Shown: positions 1-16,325 of the stretch, piece by piece
Position numbering within the stretch: position 1 is the first letter of the stretch
How the letters are laid out: each line of letters begins with the position of its first letter
Source of the DNA: Dictyostelium discoideum
Taxonomy: Eukaryota
NCBI GenBank assembly: GCA_000004695.1
Contig: CM000152.2
Location: 3,200,001-3,264,000 of the forward strand
Length of the DNA: 64,000 nt
Direction: 5' to 3'
Program-made: the position numbers and the translations under genes
The notes under the pieces: model-generated
What the model was told of the DNA's origin: nothing
What the model saw: the letters and a program-made list of their open reading frames with translations, nothing else
The model's database searches: none

Positions 1-264
1 TTTCTCTTCTATTTCATTAATTTTTTTTTTTAAAACACTAACTAAATTAAAAAAAAAAAAATTAAAAAATTAAAAAAAAAAAAAAAAAAAATTTTAAAAA
101 AAATTATAAAAAAAAACACACACAATTTTAATTTTACACACCCGAACAAATATACGTAATACCAAAGAAAATTTTATTTTTATTTTTTATTTTTTTTATT
201 TTTTTAGTTCATTAAATAAATAAAAATAAATAAAAATAAATAGACAAATAAATAAATAAATAAA

Positions 265-2279
265 ATGTCAGATAAAGAAATCGAAGATAATGAATTTGAA
301 AATGAAGAAGAAGAAGTAGAGGAAGAAGAAGAAGAAGAAGAAGAAAATGCTATATTTACAAATGAAGAAGAAGAAGAGGAAAAAAAAGATATAATGGATG
401 AAATTAAAGATAGATTTAAAGAAGCAAATTTTGATGAATTTGATGAAACAGAGATTATTAATAATGGTAAAGAATTAATTAAACAATCAAATATATTATT
501 AGAAGAGATTAAAGAATTGGAAAGTGGTAAAGAGTTATATCAACATAGTAAACAATTGGTTGATACGGTATTAAAGAAACAAGAAGCCAAAGAGTTGATG
601 GAAAAAGGGTTGAATATATTGACAGAGGTAAAACAAAATCAAGAGGCACAAGCATTGATTGGTGAATGTAAGAACTTTATCGACCTATTCAGTAAGGAGG
701 ATAAAGTTCAATCAATCATTCAACAGGGTAAAGAGCTATTGGAGGGAATGAAGGACGAAAACGGCGAATTCAATCTCACCTCGACTAAAGCCTCGTTAAA
801 TAGAGAAGCCATTGAATCCCTATTCGCCCAAGGTTCCACCATCTTTAAGGAGTTTAATGAGAATGATCAAAATTCACTCTACTTGGATAAAATGAAAAAG
901 TTATTCTTTGATTTAAAAGAAGCAGAATCAACTCGTATCACTTTATTAAATGGTATTGCTGAGGGTAAGAAATGGGTTGAATCATTAAAAGAAAAAGATC
1001 CACAAATTAAAAGTTTAGTTGATGAAGGTGAACAAATCTTTAATCAAATAGCATCTAATCCTGAAGTATCATCACTCTTTAATGATAGTAAAAAAGTTTT
1101 TGAAAATCTTTTAACTTCTGAAACAAAATTAGATCCATCTTCACCTGAAGTATGTTAAAAAATTATAATAATAATAATTATAATTATAATTATAATTATT
1201 ATAATAATTCTAATTTTTTTTTTTTTTTTTTTGAATTATATTATAAAGTTTAAAGTATTAATTGAAAGAGGTGAAAAAATTGCAGGTGATTTAAAAGAAC
1301 AATTAAAATCAAATAAATTAGTTGGTGAAGTAACTCAAAGAGAAGATGTTAAAATATTTTTAGAAAAAGGTAATAAATTCATTTCTGAAGTTAAATCAAA
1401 AGAACAATTAATTGATTTCTTAAAACAAAATAAAGAGTGTGTATTTTTTTTTTAAAAAAAAAAAAAAATGTTTTTTTTTTAATAATACTAATATTATTTA
1501 TTTTTATTAAATTTAGTTTTATAAAAGAAATTAAAAATACAATTGTACCATTTATTACAGATCAATTATTAAAAGTACAAATACCAACAGTTAATGGTAT
1601 TACAAAAGGATTTAAATATGAATTATCAAATTTAGTATTTGCAGGTTTAAATATACCACCAGAGGGAGTCGATGTTGAATTTAGTGAAACCAATAGTATA
1701 ACGGCATCAGTATCAGGGTTCACTGCACAATTAAAGAATTTCTCATGGTCATATAAACAAGAGGGCTTCCCATATTTAAAGGATCAAGGTCTTGCTAGTG
1801 CAAATTGTCAAAAGGGTTTCACATCATTGACTTTTGATATTGAAACTAATAAAGAAACCAATACACCAGAGATTAAAATTACAAATATCGTTTTTAAAAT
1901 TGAGAATTTGGAAGTATTGGTTCAAGAATCTGGTAAAGTTAAATGGCTTTACAATTATTTGATTTCAAAGTTTAGTGAATCAATTAAAGAAGTTGTTGAA
2001 AATAAAATTAAAGGTACAATCACTGGTCATATCAATACTTTATCAACTAAAATTAATCAAATCGTTGGTCAATATTGGAATAAATTAATTGATAAAATTA
2101 AATCTCCTTCTTCAAATTCAACTTTAAATTCACCATCACAATCTGAAAATAAAATTACTGAATTAAATAATGAAAATAATGAAAATAATAATAATAATAA
2201 TAATAATGATGAAGATAGTGAAAAAAAAGAATGTAAAAACAAATCTGATGAAAAAGAAGAAATTAAAGTTGTATCATAA
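265..2279 (+). CDS. Hypothetical protein: acidic N-terminus, about 33-aa KEL-type amphipathic repeats, and a C-terminal region resembling a BPI/LBP-type lipid-binding fold (tentative)
   Basis: Three track ORFs (265..1158, 1231..1455, 1437..2279) join through two short AT-rich introns. Intron 1 is 1150..1248 (GTATGT...AG, phase 0). Intron 2 is about 1437..1516 (GTGTGT...AG), and its phase closes only with that weak donor. The repeat motif continues across intron 1. The domain call rests on a hydrophobic periodicity pattern only. Confidence 0.5.
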
Positions 2280-3047
2280 TTAAATTACAACTATCTTTTT
2301 TTTTAATTATCTATAATATATAATAAAATTAACTGATATTAATATCAGAAATATTTGAATTTAATAAACAAAACTTTTTTTTTTTTTTTTTTGACTATTA
2401 TCAAAATTATCTGATTAATCGCTTAACAATTAAAAAAAAAAAAAAAAAAAGTAAAATAATTAAGATTTAATTCTTTTATTTATTAGATTTACTTAAATAA
2501 TAAAAATAAAAAAATAAAAACGAGGCAATTATTAAAAAAACAGAATAGTTAATAAAAAAAAATAAAAATAATAAAATAAACCAACAACAAATCAATTTTT
2601 TTAAATTTTTTTTTTTTTTATATAAAACATATTCCCTACTAATTGTTTTTTAAAATAAAAAAAAAGTTACAAAAAATGAATGATAAATAATTAAATTTAA
2701 TAAACTTTTTTTGATTAGAAAAAAAAAAAAAAAAAAAAAAAAAAATTCAAAATTTCAAAATATATAATAATATCATTCATTTTTTTTATATTTTATATCA
2801 TAGTGTATTTGAGTTTCCTATATTTTTCTATACTAAATTCATAATTATAATAAAAAAATTAAATCATTTTAAAAAATAAACTTTTTTTTTTTTTTTTTTT
2901 TTGAAGATAATTAAAAATTGTTTTTTCATTTTCACTTTCATTTTTTTTTTTTTTTTTTTTTTTCTTTTTTATTAATTTGACATCACCACCAACCACACAA
3001 ATACATATATATATAAATTTATATATATATAATATAAATAGAGGAGA

Positions 3048-6382
<3,335 letters not shown>

Positions 6383-6519
6383 AAAAACTAAAATAAGATC
6401 TTATTTTAACATATATATATATACTAATTAATTAATTAATTAATACTATTTATAGTAAACATTTTTCAATTGAAATTGAGAGTTTATTATATAGTGTTTA
6501 TTTAGATACATTAAATAGA

Positions 6520-7210
6520 ATGAATAAAATATTTGGTGTTAAAATTGATTCACAACAAAAGAAGCGACAACAATCAAATAAGAATCTAACGGTGTTCAAT
6601 AATGGTAGATATTTAATTTATATTGGTGATATTCATTTCGATAGGAAATTCCATCGTGAAGCATTAAGATATTATTTATTAGGTTGTGGATTGGAGACTG
6701 CATTCTATAGTGATCCTGTTAAAACCTCGGTTACAAACTCAAAGTATTTAACTTTTCTCTCTCGTAGAATCTTTGATTGTTTCTATTTTTTACGTGCACC
6801 TATGCAAGCTATTGTAGTCTCTCAATTCTTTGGTAATTTAAATCAAACTTGTTTAGTCTCTTTTAAAATCATTCAAGAAGAATATTATCAATTAGATACA
6901 AATTATTTTCAATATATTTGGGAATTACCTTTATTAGAAATTTTATTAACAACTTTTACAAAACAAAAAGATCTTAAAAAAATCTATTTAATTGTAAGTA
7001 TAATTTATTTTAGTTATATATATATATTAACTTTTTATTTATTAAAAATCAATCCAACTATTAATTTTTTCTTTCTCTCTCTCTTAGAATCAAATTATTT
7101 CAAATCCAATTATCAATGAAAATAATCATCCTGATATTAGGAAGAACTTTATTAAAAATACCAAACATAATTTTTGGAAAGCAATATCATCCAATTATTT
7201 ATTACAATAA
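6520..7210 (+). CDS. Hypothetical protein (about 197 aa), or the C-terminal exons of the upstream 3048..6382 gene
   Basis: Track ORF 6520..7119. GTAAGT donor at 6994 and CTCTTAG acceptor at 7087, phase 0, lead to a final exon 7088..7210 ending in TAA. An open frame runs upstream to 6436 with a phase-compatible acceptor (TATAG at 6455). Confidence 0.45.
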
Positions 7211-7423
7211 ATAAATTAAAATAAATAAATAGAATAAAAAAAAAAAAAATTAAAAAAATTAAAAATTAATTCTTTCTCTTTTTTTTTTTTTTTTTTATCA
7301 TTATCCAAAAATAATTAATTACTTAATTTTCTATTTGTAATTTTATGTTTATTTTTTTTATTTTTTTAAAAAATTTATATTGACAAGTAAATGATAAATA
7401 TTGGTATTATTAATGTATTTTAT

Positions 7424-7461
<38 letters not shown>

Positions 7462-7517
7462 TTATTTTACTTTTTTTTTTTTTTTTTATTTTATATTTTA
7501 ATTTAGGTTTTATAAAT

Positions 7518-8159
7518 CTATTCTAATCTATCTTTTAATAAATCTGATTTCTTAATGGCTGGTTTAAATGATAAATCGATCTTTTGGAGATCAACTTTTG
7601 CCCTTCTGATAACTCTACCAGCTTGAAATTTCTCTATTCTATTTCTTTCTCTTGTTAAATGTGGTAATTCCTCTGATTTGAAAGTTTCTGGATCTTCAGC
7701 TGATCTACAAAATTTAATAAACATTGCTCTTTCTGTTATTGGATGAAGTTGAGCATGTGATAATTTACCAATAATTTTCTCTTTATCATCAATATTCTAC
7801 AATAAATAATTTAATAATAATAATAATTAATGATTAATTATAAATAATTATAAATAAATATAAATAAATATATCCATATATTTAATAATGATTTAATGGT
7901 GCCTATTTTTAATGTCAACCTACTAAAAGGAATTTTCTTTCTTTATAAAACTTTTTACTTGAGATTAAACCATTGATTCTACCCCATTCTATTGAAATGT
8001 TTTTTAATGGTAAACCACCACCTGTAATTGTTGCTGGGACAAAATCATTATATCTAACTAATTTAGCACCTGCTTTACCTTTAACCTTACGATCAAAGCA
8101 ATATAAATGTTTAATTGGGTATGTACTTTATTATTATTATTTAATTTTGTATTTTTATT

Positions 8160-8190
<31 letters not shown>

Positions 8191-8225
8191 TTAAAATGAG
8201 TTTGTTGTTTTTTTTTTTTTGTTGT

Positions 8226-8257
<32 letters not shown>

Positions 8258-8475
8258 GATTTTTTATTGTTTTGGTTTATAAAAATATTGAATTAGTATT
8301 TCCTAATAATTTTATATATATCTTAATGTTTTATAATTTATATGTTTGATGATTACGTTGGAGCGTTTGGATCTTTAATTTCCATTGTGTTTCTACCACG
8401 AACAAAGAATCCTCTTTTGAAGATTGATTGTGACAATCCACTAGCTAATGATGTGATTGATTTAAATGAGTTCAT
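7518..8475 (-). CDS. Hypothetical protein of about 199 aa in 3 exons. The N-terminus looks like a mitochondrial presequence; no family assigned
   Basis: Exons, minus strand: 8475..8357 (ATG, then donor GTAATC), 8125..7924 (acceptor AAAG, donor GTAGGT), 7796..7518 (acceptor TATTGTAG, stop TAG). Phases 2/1 and 0/0 close exactly. Only the last exon is in the track (7518..7724), because the other two lack an internal Met. Confidence 0.5.
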
Positions 8476-8816
8476 TTCTTTGAACAATTAGTAATATGAA
8501 AGGAAAAAAAAAATGAATTAAACATAAAAATGAAAAAAAAAAAAAAAATGAAAAAAAAATAAAAAAAAAAAAAAAAAAAAAAAAAAAATGAAAAAAAACA
8601 TTGAGCGAATCACGACTTTTTTTTCCAAAAAAAAAATAAAATAAAAAATTGATTAAATAAATAAAAAAATGATTAGAAAAATCCTAAAACATTATGTGAA
8701 GGTTAAATTTTAATTTTAGAATTATTTTTTTTTTTAAATTTTTTTTATTTTTTTTTATTTTTTCTTATTTTTTTTTTGTTTTGTTTATATTATTTTATTT
8801 TTTTTTTCTTATTTAT

Positions 8817-11777
8817 TTATTTATTTGATTTTGAAACTTTGGAATTGAAGCCAGCCATTTGTTGATATTTAGGTTTCTTTGGAACTTTTCTATCTCTATT
8901 TCTATTTTTAACATTTGCGGTTTCATAAAAGTGAACACCAACTTTTGAAGCATTGATTGCCTTTCTACGTTCTTTTTTACTTGGACCAGCTTCTGAATCT
9001 GATTCAACTTCTGGCATTTCATTATATTCTTTTCTTGTTTTTTTACCAGTTGGTTTTTGAGTTTCAGTTGTTGTTTTGTTTGTTGATTCTGAAACTTTAT
9101 TTTGAATTGATTCAAGCTTTTTAGTTAATGATGGTGCGGTTTTACTAATAACTGATTTCTTTTTAACAATTGGTTTTTCTTCTTGGATTGGTTCTTCATC
9201 TTGACCATCATCTTCTTGAGCGACATCTTTTTTGGTAACCTTCTTTTTAGCTGCAGCTGGTTGTTTCTTTGGTGGTTCTTCAACAACTGGTTCTACAACA
9301 GTGGCAGCTTTATTAGACTTTTTGGTTACTTTCTTTGGTGGCTCTTCAACAACTGGTTCAGTAATAACTGGTTGTGCAACAGCAGCGGAGGCTTTAGCAG
9401 ATTTCTTAACGACTTTCTTTGGTGGTTCTTCAACAACTGGTTCAGCAACAGCAGCAGTGACTTTGGTTGCAGATTTTTTAACGACTTTCTTTGGTGGCTC
9501 TTCAACAACTGGTTCAGCAACAGTGACTTTGGTTGCAGATTTTTTAACGACTTTCTTTGGTGGTTCTTCAACAACTGGTTCAGCAACAGTGGCGGCAGCT
9601 TTTGTTGATTTCTTAGCAGCAACTTTCTTTGGTGGTTCTTCAACAACTGGTTCAGTTGCAACAACTTTTTTATTTGATTTAACAGCAGCAACAGTTGGTT
9701 TTTCAACAATTGTTGGTTTAGTATCTTTGGAAACTGCTTTTTTATTGGTGGTGGTGGTAGTTGGAGTTACTACTTTTTCAACTTTTTCTTTTTTAACAGC
9801 AACTTGTTTAGTTGTTACTGGTGATTCAACATTTTTTACAGATTTTTTATTATTAATTGGTTCTTGTTTAACTTTAATATTTGATGATTTCTTTACATTT
9901 TTACCATTTGATTTAATTTGATCAACCTTTTCTTCTTCATCATAATCCAAATCACCATCTGCTAAATCATCATAATTTTCTTCACCATATAAAATATCCT
10001 CATCATCTAATTCCTCTTCTTCACCTGATAATTCTTCATCATCTTCATCGTCGTCATCTTCATTATTATCTTCTTCTTTTTGATATAAATCATCCCAATC
10101 TGGTTCTTCGTCAAATGGATCAACATATTCTTCACCATGAGCATCCTCTTCAGTGAATTCAGATTTAACTGGAATATTATTTAATTTTTGATTAACAACT
10201 AAATCACCATAAAGTTTTCTTCTTTCTTTTAATAATTTGTCAGTATCTTGATCAACTTCAGCTTCGTCAAGATATTGTTGTGGTTGAGTAGTGGTTGTAT
10301 TATCATTATCATTATTATCAGTTGATTCTAATTTAATTTTATTTAATTCATCTTCTTTTTCTTGTTCTGGAGTTAAATGTGGTGGTGCTTTAAAGTAAGG
10401 AATTTTACCTTTTTGATAATCATAAAGAACAAGTTTAGCACAAGCATTCATATTTGGTTGTCTTTTCTTTAAGAGTTTACCAGTTCTTTCGGCCATTTGA
10501 GTGAGGAAATCTTCATGATCTTTCCATTCGGCAATGTTATAAGTTTTAACGATATATTCTTTTTTAATACGATTTAAAACCTCTGGAATGAAAATGGTAG
10601 CATCTTCTAAATTTTCAACACGAACAACACCTTTTAATACGAGTTCAGCTTCTGAATCACCAGTGGCAGGAACGACACCTGGACAATCGATTAAATAGAT
10701 ACGTTTCATGAGGGTAATATATTGCCAAACTTTAGTTTCACCAGGAATTGGAGCAGCTTTACAAACTACTTTACTCTTGAGTGTATTGATGATTGAAGAT
10801 TTACCAACATTTGGATAACCAATGAAACCAACAGAGATTTGTTTCTTATCGGAATGTAATTTTGAGAATTGACGAAGTAATTGAATTAATGAACCTTTAC
10901 CGAATGGATTAGTGATTGAAGCGTGGAATGCCAATGTTGGATATTCCTTTGAGAGGATCTTAACCCAACGTGCGGTTGCCCAAGTTGGTACGAGATCACA
11001 TTTATTGAGAATGAAAATCAAATGTTTATGTTTTGAAGTCTTTTTCAATTGTTGTTCGACATGACGAGAACGAGTACCCATTGGATCACGAGCATCCAAA
11101 ACTTGTACCAATACATCGGAGGAATCGATAACTTTGTATAATTCACCCCAAATTCTCTTTGATGTACCTTTATCGAAAATATCCTTACGACGAGTTTCAA
11201 TTTCATCTTCATCAGGTTTAATATTTTTATCTTTAGTTTCATCGTATCCACTGGTGATTTCAGCTGCTTTGTTAATCATATTCTCATAATCGGTAACTGC
11301 TTTTAAATTTGGACGTTTACGTTGTTTCTTTGGTCCGAATGTGGTTTGAAATGATTCGGTGGTTAAAAGATTCATTTGAGTTTTCTTGGTACTGTCTTTC
11401 AATAAACCCAATGGTAACTTTGATGCATGTAACAATACCTTGTATGGATTGTTAACTTGTGATTCCATTTCTTCTCTAAATGTATTCAATTGATCTTGTC
11501 CAATAGCACGTGTATTACCAAACCATCTACGATCTGGTCTGATTCTAGTATCATGTGATGTATCCTTTGACATGAATGCACCACTAATTAATTTACCATC
11601 TCTTGTTCTAGTTGGTCTTTCACTATACATAGCCAACCTCTTAATGGTGGCACGATCTCTAAGGTTGGTTTTTGTCTTTGATACAATTCTATCTGGATTA
11701 TTTTGATTATTAGATTTATTAATTCTATTAGTAAAACTATTTGATTGATGGGTTCTTGGACCTCCTGGTTTAACCAT
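8817..11777 (-). CDS. Nucleolar GTP-binding protein 2 (Nog2/GNL2/nucleostemin family), a circularly permuted GTPase with a long C-terminal repeat extension
   Basis: Single 986-aa ORF. Motif order G4-G1-G3 (NKCDL...GYPNVGKSS...DCPG). Strong similarity to Nog2 core blocks ([48 protein letters not shown]). Confidence 0.9.
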   Translation of the reverse strand: MVKPGGPRTHQSNSFTNRINKSNNQNNPDRIVSKTKTNLRDRATIKRLAMYSERPTRTRDGKLISGAFMSKDTSHDTRIRPDRRWFGNTRAIGQDQLNTFREEMESQVNNPYKVLLHASKLPLGLLKDSTKKTQMNLLTTESFQTTFGPKKQRKRPNLKAVTDYENMINKAAEITSGYDETKDKNIKPDEDEIETRRKDIFDKGTSKRIWGELYKVIDSSDVLVQVLDARDPMGTRSRHVEQQLKKTSKHKHLIFILNKCDLVPTWATARWVKILSKEYPTLAFHASITNPFGKGSLIQLLRQFSKLHSDKKQISVGFIGYPNVGKSSIINTLKSKVVCKAAPIPGETKVWQYITLMKRIYLIDCPGVVPATGDSEAELVLKGVVRVENLEDATIFIPEVLNRIKKEYIVKTYNIAEWKDHEDFLTQMAERTGKLLKKRQPNMNACAKLVLYDYQKGKIPYFKAPPHLTPEQEKEDELNKIKLESTDNNDNDNTTTTQPQQYLDEAEVDQDTDKLLKERRKLYGDLVVNQKLNNIPVKSEFTEEDAHGEEYVDPFDEEPDWDDLYQKEEDNNEDDDDEDDEELSGEEEELDDEDILYGEENYDDLADGDLDYDEEEKVDQIKSNGKNVKKSSNIKVKQEPINNKKSVKNVESPVTTKQVAVKKEKVEKVVTPTTTTTNKKAVSKDTKPTIVEKPTVAAVKSNKKVVATEPVVEEPPKKVAAKKSTKAAATVAEPVVEEPPKKVVKKSATKVTVAEPVVEEPPKKVVKKSATKVTAAVAEPVVEEPPKKVVKKSAKASAAVAQPVITEPVVEEPPKKVTKKSNKAATVVEPVVEEPPKKQPAAAKKKVTKKDVAQEDDGQDEEPIQEEKPIVKKKSVISKTAPSLTKKLESIQNKVSESTNKTTTETQKPTGKKTRKEYNEMPEVESDSEAGPSKKERRKAINASKVGVHFYETANVKNRNRDRKVPKKPKYQQMAGFNSKVSKSNK
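9250..9720 (-). repeat. Coding tandem repeat in the Nog2 C-terminal tail: about 8 copies of a 60–63-nt unit encoding [21 protein letters not shown]
   Basis: Repeated peptide is visible in ORF 8817..11777. The antisense ORFs 9183..9921 mirror the periodicity. Confidence 0.85.
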
Positions 11778-12070
11778 TTTTTTTTTCTATATATATTAAA
11801 TGTATAAATTTAAAAAATTTATACACAATCAAATAATAATAATAATAAAAAAAAAAATAATAAAATAATAAATAAAAAAAAAAAAAAAAATAAAAAAAAA
11901 AAAACGACTCGGCTCGTTTTTTGAGAAAAAAAAAAAAAAAAATTCGAAAATAAAAATAAAAATAAAATTAAAAAAAAAAAATAAAATAAAATTAATTAAT
12001 ATCTCAATGGGTTTAATAATCGAAAATGTAAATCATTTTTTTTCCTTTTTGTTTTATTTTTGATTTATTA

Positions 12071-12103
<33 letters not shown>

Positions 12104-12416
12104 CTTCTTGTCTTATTTTTGATTTATTATTTATATTTTTTTTTTTTTTTAATTTTTTTTTTTTTTAATTATTTTATTTTTTTTTTTTAAAAATAATTTT
12201 ATTTTTATTTTTAATTTTATTTATTTTTTTAAAGAAAATCTATAAAAAAAAAATAATAATAAAATATAAAAATAATTAAAAAAATAAAAATAAAATATTT
12301 TTAAAAAAAAAAAAAAAAAAAAGCTTTGGGAAATTTTTTTATTTTTTTTTTTTTTATTTTCAAAAACATAAAGCAAAGAAGTAACAAATACAAATAAATA
12401 CAAAATAAATTAAATA

Positions 12417-13908
12417 ATGATTTTTAGAGGTTTAAAATCTTTAAAAAATGGTTTCAATACAAATAATATTTTAATTTCAACTAATCAATCATTTAAAAGA
12501 TTTAATATTACTCCAATAACAACATCATCATTATTTAGAAACTTTACAACCAATATCGAACCAAAAATCGAATCTTCAACCGTTAATACTACCACTACAA
12601 ACATACCATTAAGTCAATCACAAACTGAAAACATACCAATTACACCAAAAAAAACATTTCAACCAGTAAAATTAGATGGTAAATTATTAGCTTCTCATAT
12701 TGTAAGTAGTGTTTGATATATTATTTCTTTATTTTTTATTTTATTTTATTTTATTAACAATAAATAAATTTATAATATAATTTTATATATAAATATATAA
12801 AATAGAAAAAATCAATTAAAGCAGATACAGAAGATTTTATTAAAAACTCTGGTGTAACACCAAATTTAGTTGTAATTTATGTAGGAGATAGTAAACAAAT
12901 TGAATCTTATATTAAAGCAAAGAGAACGGGATGTGAAGATGTTGGATTTAAATTTACATTGGATAGATTTTCATCAGATATTAAAGAGGACCAATTAATA
13001 AAAAAGATTAAATATCATTCTGAAGATCCTTCAGTTCATGGTATAATCGTTCAATTACCATTACCTGATAATTTGAACAAAGATGCAATCATTCAATCAA
13101 TTGATCCAAAAAAAGATGTTGATGGTTTAACTTCAACAAATTTAGGTCAAATTATGATTTCTAAAAAGTAAGTTTTTTATCTTTTTATTTTCATTTTTTA
13201 TATCATACTAATTATTTTTTTTAATGGTAAAAAAAAACAGACCATTATATATACCATGTACACCATTAGGTATTTTAGAAATTTTAAAAGCTTATAAAAT
13301 TAAAGTTGAAGGTAAAAATGTAGTTGTATTAGGACGCAGTAATTTAGTTGGTAGAACCATTGCAACTATTTTATCACAAAAGGATTTAACAAATCCATCA
13401 ATTATGAATGGTGCAAATGTTACCATAATTCATAAATATTCAAAAAATCATCTTGGATCAATTAGACAAGCTGATTTAATTATTGTAAGTTTTTTTTTTT
13501 TTTTTTTTTTTTAATAATTTTTTAAATTTGGTGTAGGACAAATAATAATAATAATAATTTTTTTTGGTTTTTTAAAAAAAAAAATAGTCTGCAACAGGTG
13601 TGCCAGGATTAATTAAAAAAGAAGATTTAAAGAGAGGAGTAATTTTAATTGATGTTGGTATTAGTTTTAAAGAAGATAGTACAAAGAAATCAGGATATAA
13701 AATGGTTGGTGATATAGATCCAGAGGCATACAGTAGATCGATTGCATACACACCTGTTCCAGGTGGTGTCGGTCCTTTAACTGTGGCTTGTCTTTTAAGA
13801 AATGTTTTAAGATCTGCAATTTTACAATATAGAATTCAAAGTGCAAGAGTTGGTTCTGCTTTAAATAATAAATTTACTGAAAAAAACAATAATAATAATA
13901 ATAATGTA

Positions 13909-13939
<31 letters not shown>

Positions 13940-14010
13940 TCAACGATGATAATAATAATAATAATATTGATAACAAAAATAAAAATAAAAATAGAAAAAG
14001 TAGAAAATAA
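12417..14010 (+). CDS. Bifunctional methylenetetrahydrofolate dehydrogenase / methenyl-THF cyclohydrolase (FolD/MTHFD2-like), probably mitochondrial
   Basis: Four exons: 12417..12701, 12806..13167, 13241..13484, 13588..14010. Donors are all GTAAGT; acceptors are AATAG, AACAG and AAATAG; all phases close. FolD blocks present (YVGD..S..Y, VQLPLP, DVDG, PCTP.G, GRS..VG, DVGIN, TPVPGGVGP). N-terminal Ser/Thr-rich presequence; C-terminal poly-Asn tail. Confidence 0.85.
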
Positions 14011-14567
14011 ATTATTTCTATTCTTGGAAAATTAAAATTTTTTTTCAAAAAAAAAAAAATATATAAAATAACAAAATTAAAAATAAAAATTAATTAAACA
14101 ATTATTGAATTTACAAAATTGTGGGTAGGGGTGTTTTGTGTGGAAATTCAAATTAAACCACACATATTATCAACAAAAGTGTTTTCGAACAAATTTGTCA
14201 TCGAAATATTTTATTTTACAATTTTTTTTATTTTTTTTTTTTTTATTTTTTTTGCATTCACCTAAGCGAATAATTTTATTTTTTTAAAATTTTTGTTTTT
14301 TTTTTTTAATTTTTTATTTTTTTTACCATTTAATCTTAAAAACTTTTTTTTATTTTTTTATTTTTCATACTTTTTATTAATTTTATTTCTTTTATTTCTT
14401 TTTTTTAAAATTTTTTTTTTTTTAATTTTTTTTTTTTTTTTTTAATAATAATAATAATAATATTGTTATGATAAGTAATAACAATATATAGTAAAATTAC
14501 ATCCCACAGAAACAACAATAAAGATAAATAAAAAAGCCTTACATACATATATATATAAAATTAAATC

Positions 14568-15113
14568 ATGTCACGGTTAATAATTAATAAAAGTAATAGT
14601 AGAATTTGTAATACAATAGTTAAAAATTATTTAATTCAAACGAAATACACATTACAACAACAACAACACCAACAACAACAACAACAACAACAATATGTTA
14701 GAAGTTATTGTAGTTTACAACAACCAAAACCATCAAAACCAAATATGATAGAGATTGTTACTCATTTTTTTGATAAAGTTAAAAATAAATCATTTATAAT
14801 TGAAAACTATTTAAATAATCCGATTCCTGAACAACAACAACAATTAAATAAAAATATAAAAATCAATAATACAGATAAAGATAACGACACTTTAGAACAA
14901 ATCCAACTTTTAGATCCATTAAACAATTTAGGAAAAAGAAAAGGAAATGAAATTTTTAAAGTTGTTGAAAATGATTTATCAAACATGACACATAATATAA
15001 TGAAAACTATTACCGATGGTGTTAGTGCAAATAGTACTTATTCACCTTCACCTTCAAAAAAAACACATCCAATTTTATCTTCAATTTCAAGTTATTATTT
15101 TGAATTAAAAGTA

Positions 15114-15177
<64 letters not shown>

Positions 15178-16167
15178 CACTCTCCTCTCACACAATAATA
15201 GAATAAATAATAATTTTTAATTTTTTTTTTTTTTAAAAGGGTAAAAGAATAAGACCAACAATTGTATTGTTGTTATCAAAAGCGTTATCATCAACAGTAC
15301 ATGGATCACAATTAAAATTAGCGGAAATTGTTGAAATGATTCATACAGCAAGTTTAGTGCATGACGATGTTATTGATGAAGCATCAACTAGAAGAGATGT
15401 AATATCGATTAATCATAGTTATACAAATAAATTGGCAATTTTATGTGGTGATTATTTATTGGCAAGAGCATCAGTAGTTTTATCAACAATTAGAAATCCA
15501 GATGTAACTGAATGTATGTCAACTGCCTTGGCCGAGTTGGTTGAGGGTGAATTTATGCAAGCAAAATCAAATGGTGTCGTCTCTTTTGATAATTATTTAC
15601 AAAAAACTTATTTAAAAACTGGTTCTTTAATTACAAACAGTTGTAGATCTGCTGCTATCCTTTCTGGTGCAGATTCAAACATTATAAATATTTCAACTGA
15701 ATTTGGAAAGAATTTAGGTTTAGCTTTTCAAGTATGTAATTAATAATAATAATAATAATAATAGATAATAATAATAATAGTAGATAAAATTTTGTTTGTT
15801 TTATTAATAATAAAAAATATACAATAAATAGATTGTTGATGATTTATTAGATTATACAGGATCAGCTGAAGAATGTGGAAAAGCTACATCAGTTGATTTA
15901 ACTTTGGGATTAGCAACAGCACCAGTTTTATATGCAACCCAAGAATTCCCACAATTAGAGAAATTAATTAAAAGAAAGTTTTCAGAGATTGGTGATGTTG
16001 AAGAAGCAAAGAGGTTGGTTGCTTTAAGTAAAGGTATCGAGAAAACTAGAAATTTAGCTATCGAATATTGTAATCGTGCAATTCAATCCTTATTAAAATT
16101 ACCACAATCTGAATCAAGAGATCTTTTAATCACATTATCTCATATTGTTGTTACAAGAACAAAGTAA
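14568..16167 (+). CDS. coq1: trans-Polyprenyl (decaprenyl/solanesyl) diphosphate synthase, the Coq1 family of ubiquinone side-chain synthases
   Basis: Three exons: 14568..15110, 15240..15731, 15832..16167 (donors GTAAGT and GTATGT; phase 0 at both junctions). Motifs: GKRIRP, first Asp-rich motif LVHDDVID, second Asp-rich motif FQIVDDLLDY. The first intron holds a 60+ nt poly-T run. Confidence 0.85.
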
Positions 16168-16281
16168 AAATACGAAGTTATTTAAAAAGAAAAAAAAAAA
16201 AAAAAAAAAAAAAATGAAAATAAAAAAAAAAAAAAAATAAAAAAGTTATATGGTTCTTTTTTTTTTTCTTTTTTTTTTTTC

Positions 16282-16325
<44 letters not shown>

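Noticed and set aside
9183-9921. Long antisense ORFs (141 and 229 aa, plus strand; 127 aa, minus strand) overlapping the Nog2 C-terminal repeats
   Set aside because: They are low-complexity translations of the repeat array in other frames, with no start context or homology. These are artefacts of repetitive DNA.
12221-12403. 60-aa minus-strand ORF just upstream of the FolD-like gene; also 13836..14048, 11045..11251, 19955..20413, 35540..35770, 44497..44733, 48641..48923, 53355..53720, 61684..62186 and similar
   Set aside because: These are A/T homopolymer-driven ORFs (poly-F, poly-K, poly-L, poly-I translations) in promoter, intron or 3'-flank DNA, with no splice or homology support.
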